The position numbers and the translations under genes are program-made. From Phaeosaccion multiseriatum (lineage: Eukaryota > Protista > Ochrophyta, other classes): a stretch of DNA of 64,000 bases. The notes below the pieces were generated by a model that saw only the letters and a list, made by a program, of their open reading frames with translations, did not search any database and had not been told where the DNA came from. The stretch is taken from the NCBI GenBank assembly GCA_965112735.1, contig OZ218959.1, forward strand, positions 1,488,001-1,552,000, written 5' to 3'. Shown here one piece after another: positions 41,841 to 54,452 of this stretch (the stretch's first letter is position 1; each line of letters starts with the position of its first letter).

Positions 41841-44800
41841 GGGGGGGGGTGGAGAGAAAGAAAGAGAAGGGGGGGGATGGTGAGCAGGCGGTGTAGCACA
41901 ATGGCTCATGGTCAGAGCAAGACAACGGAGAGGTGGAGGCTGTGCGAGCGACGGAAAGGCGAGAGAGCGGGCGAGAGAGAGAGAGAGGGGAGAGGGAAGA
42001 GAGAGCGGGCGAGAGAGAGAGAGAGAGAGAGGAGAGAGAGGAGAGGGAGAGAGAGAGAGAGAGAGCAGCCAGAGAGAGAGAGAGGGGGGAGAGGGAGAGA
42101 GAGAGGGGAGAGGGAAGAGAGAGAGAGAGAGAGATGAACTCACACCATACAAACGTACCCGCATTCGCTCCACCAGCACTCGGAGATTCGTTGGAGAGAG
42201 CCTCCCCGCCCTCTCCTCCTCCTCCTCCTCCCCCTCCTGAAGCGGTGCTGGTCGCAGCAGCAGCAGTCACCACCTCGTCGAGAGAGAGGTTAGGGAACCG
42301 TTTGCGCACCTTCACAGCAATGCGGCGGCCTCCGTTGGTGCCTCTGATGGACGGTAAATGGCGCCTGAGTTTGGGGGGGGGGGGACCCAAAGGACGTCAG
42401 ACGTTTGGTTAAGATGTTTGTTTGGATGCCCAGCCGCACAAAGACTCGAATTGGATGGAGGGATAGAAAGAGAGAGAGAGAGAGAGAACGAACCCACAGC
42501 AGCTGTTGGTGATACTGATCACAGACCATGCCCACAGCTGTTGGTGATACAGACCACAGATCACAGACCTGATGTTCTCCGCCAGGGTCAGCGCAGTGGG
42601 CTCTGGGGCGATGCTTACGGCCTTTTGGATAACGTAATTGGCGTACTGAGAGACAGAGAGAGAGGGAGGGAGGGAGAGAGAGAGACAGACAGACAGACAG
42701 ACACAGACAGACAGAGATGATTGATCGGTCCATTGGGTGGTTGATGAATTGATTGATTGATTGATTGTCCAAGGGTAGGAGAGGAAGAGGAGAAAGAAGA
42801 GAGGGAGAGATAGAGAGGAAGAAGAAGAGAGAGCGAAAGAGAGGCAGAGAGAGATCCATTAGTGTGAGAGAGAATAGAGTCAACACAACACCATCGTGAG
42901 GAGAAAGATCCATTAGTGTGAGAGAGAATAGAGTCAACACCATCGTGAGGAGAAAGATCCATTAGTGTGAGAGAGAATAGAGTCAACACCATCGTGAGGA
43001 GAAAGATCCATTAGTGTGAGAGAGAATAGAGTCAACACCATCGTCAGGAGAAAGATCCATTAGTGTGAGAGAGAATAGAGTCAACACCATCGTGAGGAGA
43101 AAGATCCATTAGTGTGAGAGAGACTAGAGTCAACACCATCGTGAGGAGAAAGATCCATTAGTGTGAGAGAGAATAGAGTCAACACCATCGTGAGGAGAAA
43201 GACACCGCCCCTTTCCCTCTCTCTCCCCCCCCCCCTCTCTCTCCCACTCTCTTTCCCTACCTGGTCCCCCAGCAGTGCCTTGAGATCGTCACTTCTGCTT
43301 AGCTCTTGCACGAACTGCACCTGAGATAGAGAGAGGGAGGGAGGGAGAGAGGGAGAGAGAGGGAGGGAGTGAGGAAGGGAGAAAGGAAGGGAGGAAGGGA
43401 GGAAGGAAGAAAGGAAGGGAAGAAGCGAGGAAGGCCCGAAGGTCGTCGTCTCTACTGAGCTCTTTCGCTCTGCACGAAAATGCCACGGAACATGTACGTA
43501 CCTGCAGCGCTTCGGGTGCCATCTCTAGACACTTCTCCACCACGTTGGAGGAGAACTTCTGCTTGCTCAGGGTGCACAGACGACCCAGGGGGGCAGCCAC
43601 CAGGGCCCGCGTCTGAGAGGGGGATGGCAGTGGATGGGGGTGGGGGTTGAGGGGGAGGGTGGGAGGGGGGATTTGCCTCACAAAACAGCCCTGCACGTAT
43701 TGTGCGACTTTGCGTGGCAGAGGAAGGGTGGTACATACATAAAAACAATACAACAAACACTCTCTCTGGCTCTCTCTATCGATTGTCTGTCTGTCTGACT
43801 GTACTCTCGACCTGTCTCTCTCCCTCTCTCCATCCTCTCCCCGCCCCCCTTTGTCCCTCCCTCTCCCTCCTCTCCCTTCCCCCCTTTGCCCCTCTCCCCC
43901 TCCCTCCCTCCCTCCCTCCCTCCCTCGTTCCCTCCCTCCCTCGTTCCTTCCCTCCCTCCTTCCCTCCCTCCCTCCCTCCCTCCCTCCCTCCCCTTCCTTC
44001 CTCCCCCTCCCTCCCTCCCTCCCTCCCCTTCCCTCCTCCCCCTCCCTTCCTTCCCCACCCACCTCTTCTCTTGAGCACTTGTCCAATACGTACTGCACAA
44101 CGTAATTCCCAAAGGGGTCTTGCATAAGCGCCAAAGCACTCAAACAAATGTGCGCCACTAGACATTTCCGCTGTTCGTTAGAGGCCGCGTCCACAGCGCG
44201 CTGGATGGAGGGGTATGGGGAGGGTGGGGGGGAGGGGAGGGGAGGGGAGGAAGGGAGTGAGGGAGTGAGTGAGTAAGTGAGTGAGTGAGTGAGTGAGTGA
44301 GTGAGTGAGTGAGTGAGTGAGTGAGTGAGTGAGTGAGTGAGTGAGTGAGTGAGTGAGTGAGTGAGCGGTGGAAGGGAGAGGAGGGAGGGGCGTGGATGGG
44401 GGACGCAAACTGAACGAGAAGCTGCAAGTGACAGTGAGAGTGAGAGTGAAAGTGAAGTCAAAGCCACGGACTCACTGACTTACTGACTTACCTGCACCAC
44501 GCAGCAGCCGTGTCGGTGCTGTGAGAGGGCGGCGCAGTGCGTATTGAGACTATCGAACACGAATTGATTGTCGCACACAAACTCTCCTCCAAGCTCCTCC
44601 TCCTCCTCCTTCTCCTCCTCCTCCTCCTCCTCCTCCTTCTTCTTCTTCTTCTTCTTCTTCTCCTCCTCCTCCTCCTCTTTCTCCTCCTCCTCCTCTTTCT
44701 CCTCCTCCTCCTCCTCCTCCTCCTCCTCCTCCTCCCCCTTTTTCACCCCCTCCCCTCCTTTCCCCTCACCCTCCCCCTTCTCTTTCTCCTCGTCCTTCTC

Positions 44801-47800
44801 CTCGACGACAGTTCCTTGCACCGTCGTCTCGCATTGCAGTCCCTCCCCACTCTCTCCCTTGCTCTCCCCCTTAGAGGAGGAGGCAGCCGGCTCAGACACC
44901 GCCGCTGCTGCAGCAGCAGCAGCAGCAGCTGTTGGTAATACAGCGGCAGGGACAGCAGCAGGGGCAGTAGCAGCAGCAGCAGAAGAAGACGAAAATAACG
45001 ACGATGACATCGACATCGATTTCCTCGACATCGGTATGTCCGACGGTGTGAGGTCAGCTGTGTCCTCCGTTGTCACCGAGGTGGTGTCACGTCCTCCCCC
45101 TTCCTCCTCTCCCTCCCCCTCCCCTTCTTCCTCCTTCTCTTCCTCCTCCTCCTTACTCTTCTTCTTCTCCTCATCCTTCTTCTTCCCCTCCTCCTCCTTC
45201 TCCTCCTCCCCCCTCTCTCTCTCCTCCTCCGCCTCTTCCTTCTTCTCCTCCTCCTCCGCCTTGTCGTCTGCCACAGCAGCAGCGGTCATCGGTGGCGGCG
45301 GAGTGACGGCTTTGCTGACGCCATCCTTCGCATCGTTGCCCTTGGCTTTGCTGACGTCATCATTCTCATTGCCCTTGAAGAGCTGCAACACCCGTTGAAT
45401 CACGTGATTCCCGTTGGCGTCCTTGCAGAGCTCTACCACGGAAGGCTTTAACACCGAGATGAGGTGTTGCCGCTGTGGGGGTGGGGTAGGAAGGAGGAGG
45501 AGGAGGAGGAGGAGGAGGAGGAGGAGGAGGAGGAGGAGGAGGAGGAGGAGGAGGAGGAGCATTTCCAAGTCGGGGATGGAGTCAACAGACAAGATATGCT
45601 GGTGCAAGAGATGCTGATGCACGTCTGTGCGCCGTAGAGCGACAGAGAGAGAGAGATGAAGCAGCGATGTGTGTGTGCGTGTGCGTGTGCGTGCGTGTGT
45701 GTTGTGTGAACGTGTGTGTGTGAACGTGTGTGTGAGCGTGTGTATTTGCAGCTGTGGGCAGTGTGTGTCCGTTGACACGTCCTTCTATTCCCTTATGCAC
45801 CCACCCACCCACCCACACAGCCACCCACCCACCCATTTACATGCTACACCCACCCACCCATTGACATACTACCCACCCACCCCTTGACTTAGTACCCACC
45901 CACCTGCTTCCTCTCTGTGGTGGCCTCGATGAGCCTCTGTACGCTCCGTGTCCCGTGAAGGTTCTTGGCGGCCCCCACCAAATACGGTCCTGACACCCGT
46001 TCGAGGGCCCGGTCGAGCTGAGAGGTGCTAATCTGGAGCACAAGCTTCTGGAATAGGTAGTTACCTAGGGGAGGAGGAGGAGGAGGAGGAGGAGGAGGAG
46101 GAGGAGGAGGAGGAGGAGGAGGAGGAGGAGGAGGAGGAGGAGGAGGAGGAGGAGGAGGAGGAGGAGGAGGAGGAGGAGGAGGAGGAGGAGGAGGAGGAGG
46201 AGGAGGAGGAGGAGGAGGAGGAGGAGGAGGAGGAGGAGGAGGAGGAGGAGGAGGAGGAGGAGGAGGAGGAGGAGGAGGAGGAGGAGGAGGAGGAGGAGGA
46301 GGGGGGGGGGGGGATGGCAGTGGACGGCAGTGGATGGTCAGTGGATGGCAGTGGATGGCAGTAGATGAGCAGTGGATGGCAGCGGATGGGAAGGGGTTGG
46401 CAGTGGGTGGGCAGTGGGGCAAGGGTCAAAAGGCGAAGGGGGGGAAGATGGAAGGGAAAGGCGAAGGCAGGGAGAGAAGGTGAGCAGAAGGGAGGGGAGG
46501 GGAATGGAAAGCAAGGCAAGGCAAAGAAAGGCTACAGACACGGATCTCTCTCTCTCTCTCTCTCGCGAAATGTCGATACGATCGATATCGACAGATTGAG
46601 GTCGACACTGAAACGGAAACTACAACTAAAACTAACCGAAGGGGTCCTTCATCATGTCCTGCAGGAAGGGGAGTGCCTCTTCGAAGATCACTTCAAGGTC
46701 CTCGCGATGGCTCCTGTAGGGATGGCAGTGGATGGTTACCAGGGGATGGCCGTGGATGGTCAGCATGATCGAAGGAGGAAAAGAGAAGCCAGACGCTTGG
46801 AAGGAAGCCTAAGATGAAAAGGTCCCAGGACTCTCTCCCCCCCCCTCCACGCCCCCATCGCCCCCCTCGGCCGCCTCACTGCCTCACTGCCTCACTGCCT
46901 CACTGCCTTACTACCTCACTGCATCACTGCATCACTGCCTCACTGCCTCACTGCCTCACTACCTCACTGCCTCACTGCCTCACTGCCTCACTGCCTCACT
47001 GCCTCACTGCCTCACTACCTCACTGCCTCACTGCCTCACTACCTCACTGCCTCACTGCCTCACTGCCTCACTGCCTCACTGCCTCACTGCCTCACTGCCT
47101 CACTGCCTCACTGCCTCACTGCCTCACTGCCTCACAGCCCCACTGCCTCACAGCCTCACTGCCTCACTGACTCACTGCCTCACTGCCTCACTGCCTCACT
47201 GCCTCACTGACTCACTGCCTCACTGCCTCATTGCATCACTGGATCACTGTCTCACTGCCTCACTACATCACTGCATCACTGCCTCACTGCCTCACTGCCT
47301 TACTACCTCACTGCATCACAGCACCACTGCTCAAGACCTCATTGCCTCAGTGCCTTACTAACTCACCGCCTTACTCACTCACCGCCTTACTCACTCACTG
47401 CCTTACTCCCTCAATGCCTCACTGCCTCACTGCCCCACTGCATCACTGCATCACTACATCACTGGCTCACTGCCTGCCTGCCTCACTGCCCCACTGCCCA
47501 CTGCATCACTGCATCACTGCATCACTACATCACTGCCTCACTGCATCACTGCATCGCTGCCTCACTGCCTTACTACCTCACTGCCTCACTGTCTCACTGC
47601 ATGAATGCATCACTGCCTCACTGCCTCATTACATCACTGCCTCACTGCCTCACTGTCTCACTGTCTCACTGCATCACTACATCACTGCATCACTGCATCA
47701 CTGCCTTACTACCTCACTGCCTCACTGTCTCACTGCATCACTGCAGCACTGCCTCACTGCCTCACTGCCTCACTGCCTCACTGCCTCACTGCCTCACTGC

Positions 47801-49447
47801 CTTACTACCTCACTGCATCACTGCATCACTGCTCACGACATCACTGCCTCACTGCCTTACTAACTCACCGCCTTACTCACTCACTGCCCTACTCAATCAA
47901 TGCCTCACTGCCTCACTGCCTCACTGCCTCACTGCCTCACTGCCTCACTGCCACACTGCCCCACTGCCCCACTGCATCACTACATCACTGCATCACTACA
48001 TCACTGCCTCACTGCCTCACTGCCTCACTGCATCACTGCCTTACTACCTCACTGCCTCACTGCCTCACTGCCTCACTGCATCACTGCATCACTGCATCAC
48101 TGCCTCACTACATCACTGCCTCACTGCCTGCCCTCACCCATTGCCTCACTGCCTCACTGCCTCACTGCCTCACTGCCTCACTGCCTTACTACCTCACTTC
48201 CTCACTCCCTCACTCCCTCACTGCCCCACTGTCTCCCTGCATCACTGCATCACTGCCTCACTCCCTCACTCCCTCACTGCATGACTTCCTCACTCCCTCA
48301 CTGCCCCACTGCCCCACTGTCTCACTGCATCACTGCATCACTGCATCACTACATCACTGCCTCACTGCCTCACTGCCTCACTGCCTCACTGCCTCACTAC
48401 CTCACTCCCTCACTGCCTCACTGCATCACTGGATCACTGTCTCAGTGCCTCACTACATCACTGCATCACTTCCTCACTCCCTCACTGCCCCACTGCCCCA
48501 CTGTCTCACTGCATCACTGCATCACTGCATCACTACATCACTGCCTCACTGCCTCACTGCCTCACTGCCTCACTGCCTCACTGCCTACCTGCCTCACTAC
48601 CTCACTCCCTCACTGCCTCACTGCATCACTGATGCACTGTCTCACTGCCTCACTACATCACTGCCTTACTGCCTGCCCTTACCCATTGCCTCACGGCCTC
48701 ACTGCCTCACTGCCTCACTGCCATACTACCTCACTTCCTCACTCCCTCACTGCCTCACTGCATCACTGCATCACTGCCTCACTACATCACTGCCTCACTG
48801 CCTGCCCTCACCCATTGCATCACTGCCTCACTGCCTCACTGCCTCACTGTCTCACTGCCTCACTGCCTCACTGCCTGCCTGCCTCTCTGCCTCACTGCAT
48901 CACTGCATCACTACATCACTGCCTCACTGCCTGCCCTCACCCATTGCCTCACTGCCTCGCTCACTCACCCTCCAGGGTCGATGAGTCTTTGCAGCACTCG
49001 ACAGCCCACTTGATCGCAGCTCATCGTGTACACTTTGCCCAGGACCTAAGGCATGGGCAGGTATATGGGTAGGCATTGGGGTAGAGGCGTGTGGGCAGGC
49101 ATACAGGAATACGGACAGGCATGCAGGTATACAGGCAGACAGACAGGGGGAGGAAGGTCAGGAGGTGAGGGAGAAGATACAGGTGTATGGAAAGGAAGAG
49201 GCATATGGGCATTGAGTGGCATGGATTTCGGGGGTTCGGTATGTCGGTCGTTCCCCAGTCAGTCAGGAAGGAAGGAAGTCAGCCAGTCAGTCAGTCAGTA
49301 AGTCCGTCAGGAAGTCAGGAAGCCAGGAAGGAAGTCAGTCAGTCAGTCAGTCAGTCAGTCAGTCAGTCAGTCAGTCAGGAAGGAAGTAAGTCAGTCAGTC
49401 AGTCAGTCAGTCAGTCAGTCAGTCAGTCAGTCAGTCAGTAGTTAGTC

Positions 49448-49479
<32 letters not shown>

Positions 49480-52400
49480 AGTCAGTCAGTCAGTCAGTCA
49501 GGAAGTCAGGAAGTCAGGAAGTCAGGAAGTCAGTCAGTAGTTAGTTAGTCAGGCAGTCAGTCAGTCAGTCAGTCAGTCAGGAAGTCAGGAAGTCAGGAAG
49601 TCAGTCAGTAGTTAGTCAGTCAGGCAGTCAGTCAGTCAGTCAGGACGTCAAGAAGTCGGTCAGGAAGTCAGTCAGGAAGTCAGTCAGTCGGTCAGCTAGT
49701 CAGTCAGTCAGTCAGTCAGGCAGTCAGTCCGTCAGTCCGTCAGTCAGTCAGTCAGTCAGTTAGTCCCTACCCCCCGCTCCCCTTGCTCCCCTGCTCCCCT
49801 GTCCCCCTGCTCACTGCAGTGCCTTACATCATCAATACTGACTCGAGGGCCCGTCTCTCGTGCTGCCAGGGATTCGCTCTCTGCCCCCCCGCTCGTCCTC
49901 TCCAGTGCCCTTCCCCCCCAGCCACCGCTGCCACCCACTCCTCCTCCTCCTCCTCGGCCTCCTCCTCCTCCTCCTCCTCCTCCTCCTCCTCCCCCTCCCC
50001 CTCTTCCTTCCCCCCTGCCGCCGACTCCGACCCCAATTCCGCTGCTCTGGCTGTGGTTGTTTGCCCCGCTGCCGCCTCTCTTCTTCCTCTCTCGCCGCCC
50101 CCCTCCCACCCCGCCTCCTCCCCCTCCCCCTCCTCCGTAAATGTGCTGTTGCTGCTGTATCACCAACTGCTGCTGCTGGTGGTGTTGGTACTGGGCTTGT
50201 TGAGCTGGTCCGTATCCAATGTTCTGCATGGGGGAGGGCATGCACGCACGCACACACGCACGCACACCACACACACATGCACACACACGCAGGCACACAC
50301 GCACACACATGCACATGCACACACACGCAGGCACACACACACGCACGTACACACACAGAAAGAGACGAGAGAACGAAAGGTTATTGAAGCAAATAAGTGA
50401 AGTGTACTGATGGAGCGAGTGAAGTGAAGCGTACTGATGGAGCGAGTGAAGTGAAGTGTACTGATGGAGCGAGTGAAGTGAAGTGAAGTGTACTGATGGA
50501 GCGAGTGAAGTGAAGCGTACTGATGGAGCGAGTGAAGTGAAGTGTACTGATGGAGCGAGTGAAGTGAAGTGAAGTGTACTGATGGAGCGAGTGAAGTGAA
50601 GTGTACTGATGGAGCGAGTGAAGTGAAGCGTACTGATGGAGCGAGTGAAGTGAAGTGTACTGATGGAGCGAGTGAAGTGAAGCGTACTGATGGAGCGAGT
50701 GAAGTGAAGTGTACTGATGGAGCGAGTGAAGTGAAGTGAAGTGTACTGATGGAGCGAGTGAAGTGAAGTGTACTGATGGAGCGAGTGAAGTGAAGCGTAC
50801 TGATGGAGCGAGTGAAGTGAAGTGTACTAATGGAGCGAGTGAAGTGAAGCGTACTGATGGAGCGAGTGAAGTGAAGTGTACTGATGGAGCGAGTGAAGTG
50901 AAGCGTACTGATGGAGCGAGTGAAGTGAAGTGTACTGATGGAGCGAGTGAAGTGAAGTGTACTGATGGAGCGAGTGAAGTGAAGCGTACTGATGGAGCGA
51001 GTGAAGTGAAGTGTACTGATGGAGCGAGTGAAGTGAAGTGAAGTGTACTGATGGAGCGAGTGAAGTGAAGCGTACTGATGGAGCGAGTGAAGTGAAGTGT
51101 ACTGATGGAGCGAGTGAAGTGAAGTGAAGTGTACTCTCCACCCCTGCCCCACTCTCCCCATATGCCTCTACTCACGGAAAGATGCTGCAGCTGCTGCTGT
51201 TGCGACTGGCGGGGCATATGGTTGTTGTTGTTGCCGCTGCCGGTGCTACCGCTAAAGCCCTTCATGGGAGGAGACCTTAGGAGACTGCTGCCTGTAACAC
51301 CTCCTCCTACTCCTCCTACTCCGACGTTGCCGCTGCCGCTGTTCGTTGCGTTGCCGCCGAGGGCAAGGTAAGAGGAGCCGTAGCTTTGACCATCCTATTG
51401 GAGGCGGGGGAGGGAGAAGGGGAGGGAGGGGAGGAAAGGGAAGGGAAGGGGGGTAAGCACGTTGATTTAAGGACCCACTCAATCGCCAAGCAACACACTA
51501 AAACCAACAAACTAATCCACCAACCAAGCAGCCACCCATCCACCCACCCACCCACTCAACCAACCAATCAGCCAACCAATCAATCGACCCATCCACCCAT
51601 CCACCCACCAACCAATCACCCACCCACCCATGCTCCCACCTGCGAGGCCTGCTGGTGTTGCGGGCTTGCCATAGCCATGTAGTATCCGCTGAGCGAGTGG
51701 AACTGTGGCTGCTGCTGCTGTTGCTGTATCACCAACTGCTCTGGTTGCTGCTGATGAGGCGACTGGGGCTGCTGCTGTTGCTGCAGCTGCTGCCCATATG
51801 ACTGCTGCACTTGGAGACCGAGGTTGTAGTGCTGCTGTGGGTATGGCTGCTGCTGCTGTTGCCCATACGACTGCTGCTGCTGCTGTTGCTGCTGTTGCCC
51901 ATACGACTGCTGTTGCCCATATGACTGATGGTGTTGCAGGTTGAGCGGATCCTGCGATGGGGGGCAGGGAGGGAGGGGAGAGAGTGCGATGGTTCCTTAA
52001 ATAAGTAAGTGAGCTAGATCTTAGTTAATTGAGGGAAGAGGACGAGTCGCAAGTCGCGCTATCCAATTAAGACATGAATGAATGTGACAAGCCATCGACA
52101 CTCCTCTCCCCGTCGCCCTTCCCCGCTTCCCTCTGACACTGACCATGTGGTGATGCTGCGCCATTTGTTGGAGCTGCTGAGGGGAAAGCACGGTCTGTTG
52201 TAGGGTGTACGCAGCTGCCAACTGTGAGTCGGAGTAAGGCATGGCGTACTGCTCCTGCTGCTGCATCATCATTTGCTGTTGCTGCTGAGGCTGCTGCTGC
52301 TGCTGCTGCTCCTGCTGCTGTACCACCAACTGCTCCCCCTGTTGCTGCTTGGGGTCTAGGTAAGGGCAAGACAAGCCAGATGGAGTCAGGAGGGGAGCAA

Positions 52401-52617
52401 TGTTAAACGGCTTGAGTCAGAGAGGGAGAGAGGGAGAGGGGGAGAGAGAGGAGAGAGAGATGCCGACTTCAGGATCGATTTAGCGGGTCGACTTTCTAGA
52501 TCGTGGCATCGATATATATTAGCACTGACTGAATTGAATTGAAGCGGAGAGACCCAAAGTGCCCATCCACTTACATGCTGCGGCCGCGTAGTGCGAAGCT
52601 GTGAGCAATGTTGCGTC

Positions 52618-52665
<48 letters not shown>

Positions 52666-54042
52666 TTGTTGTTGCTGCTGCTGCTGTCTGCCCATGCCCA
52701 TATGCCTGCCCATGGACCCATATGCCTGCGACTGCGGAGACGGATAGCTGCGCATGTCATACTGGGGAGCGTGCTAGGAGGGGAGGGAGGATGGCAGTGG
52801 ATGGCAGTGGAGGACAAGTGGGGGGATTGGGGAGGAAGGGGAAGGGGCGGGGTCAGTGGGGGAGAGAGAGAGCGTTTCAATAAGAGGCAAAACAAACAGG
52901 TGGGGAGTGTGGACGTCTTCACAAGTTAGTGCTGTGGCGTGACTGTCGGTCGGTCAGTCAATCAGGCCCACTCCATCCCCTCTCTTCTCTTGTCTTGTCT
53001 TCTCCGCTTCTCTTCTCTTCTCCCCCCCCCCCCCCTCCCTCTTTCTGTCCACCCGTTCTCCCTCTCTTCTCTTCTTCTCCCCCCCTCGCCCTCTCTCTAT
53101 CCACCCCTTCCCCTCTCTTCTCCTCTCTTCTCCTCCCCCCCCTTCGCTCTCTCTGTCCACCCGATCCACCCCATCTCCCTTCCGTGGGATATTCCGTGGG
53201 TGGTGATGACTCACATGCAGCCCCAGCCCGGTCTGATTGACAGGAGTCATGGTCATGGAGAAGGAAGGTGGCATGTGCGAAGGTGTAGCAGGGCCTAAGC
53301 CTGGAGAGCAGGGCAGAGCAGAGCAAGGCAGTTGGTGATACGGAGAGTAGAGCAGTTGGTGAGACAGAGCAGACCACGGGACTTACTATTTTAAAGCAGG
53401 TGAACAAGATAAAATAAAAACTAGAGTAAAAATAAAGTGAGAAGGATGGGGGCTTCAAGACGAACAAGAGAGAAACTACTGAAGCGAAAGCAGTGCAATG
53501 ATGAGACGAACGAGTTTTAACTCGCGGCCGGCCAACCATCTGCGCGCTCTCTTCTCTCTCTCTCTCTCTCTCTCTCGTTGTCTTCACTGTAGACAGGGAA
53601 GCAACGGGTGGAAGGGCCTACCCCCTAGGCACAGACACGTACTCACAGACATACACACGGCCCTCCCTCCCTCCCTCCCTCCCTCCTTACCCCCGCTCGC
53701 CCCCTCCCTCCTTCCCTCTCCCCTCCCCCCCTTCTCCCCCCTTCTCCCTCTCCCCCACCTTCCCTCCCTCCCTCTGTATCACCAACTCCCTTACCTGGGA
53801 AGGGGGACGTAGGCACCATGAGACTAAAGTGCGTGAGCTTGCCAGTGGAGTCATAGGTTGGCGACGCCCCTTGGAGCTGCGGAGAGGGATAGTGGTGGGG
53901 TGACTGTGGTTGCTCAGCGCGGACGGACACACACCAGAGAGAGGGGGGAGAGGGAGAGAGAGAGAAGAGGGAGAGAGAGGGGAGGAGAGAAAGGGAGAGC
54001 GAAGGAGAGAGAGAGGGAGAGAAACAGAGAAAGAAACAGGAG

Positions 54043-54076
<34 letters not shown>

Positions 54077-54253
54077 GAGGGCACCACCCAAAGACAGGAC
54101 AGGGGGTGTCAGGACAGGGGGTGTCAGGACAGAGACATTTGTAAGGACAGAGATAGAGTGTCAGGACAGGGGATGGCAGTGGATGGACAGGGGCACTGCA
54201 GAGGAAGACGTAGGTGGGGAAGCACACACACACGCTGGTGATACGCACAAACA

Positions 54254-54293
<40 letters not shown>

Positions 54294-54413
54294 GGTGATA
54301 CACACCTGCTGCGGCAACATGTTGAAGTTGTTGTGCGGGGCGTAATTATTCCCATCCTCGCCTGGCGAGGAAGGGCCGTAGCCCGAGCCAGACCCCTGTA
54401 TCATCACCTGATG

Positions 54414-54452
<39 letters not shown>

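Noticed and set aside
42852-43200. 49-bp repeats as a CRISPR array or coding repeat (MVLTLFSLTLMDLSPHDG ORFs)
   Set aside because: There are no spacers, the period is not a multiple of 3, and the array lies between two in-phase PUF exons.
46814-49072. Long LPHCLTAS-repeat ORFs (up to 459 aa)
   Set aside because: These are translations of an 8-bp satellite that is open in several frames, antisense within a PUF intron.
50395-51133. CRISPR-like regular 27-32 bp repeats
   Set aside because: The units are head-to-tail with no unique spacers, lie inside a spliceosomal intron, and no cas genes are present.
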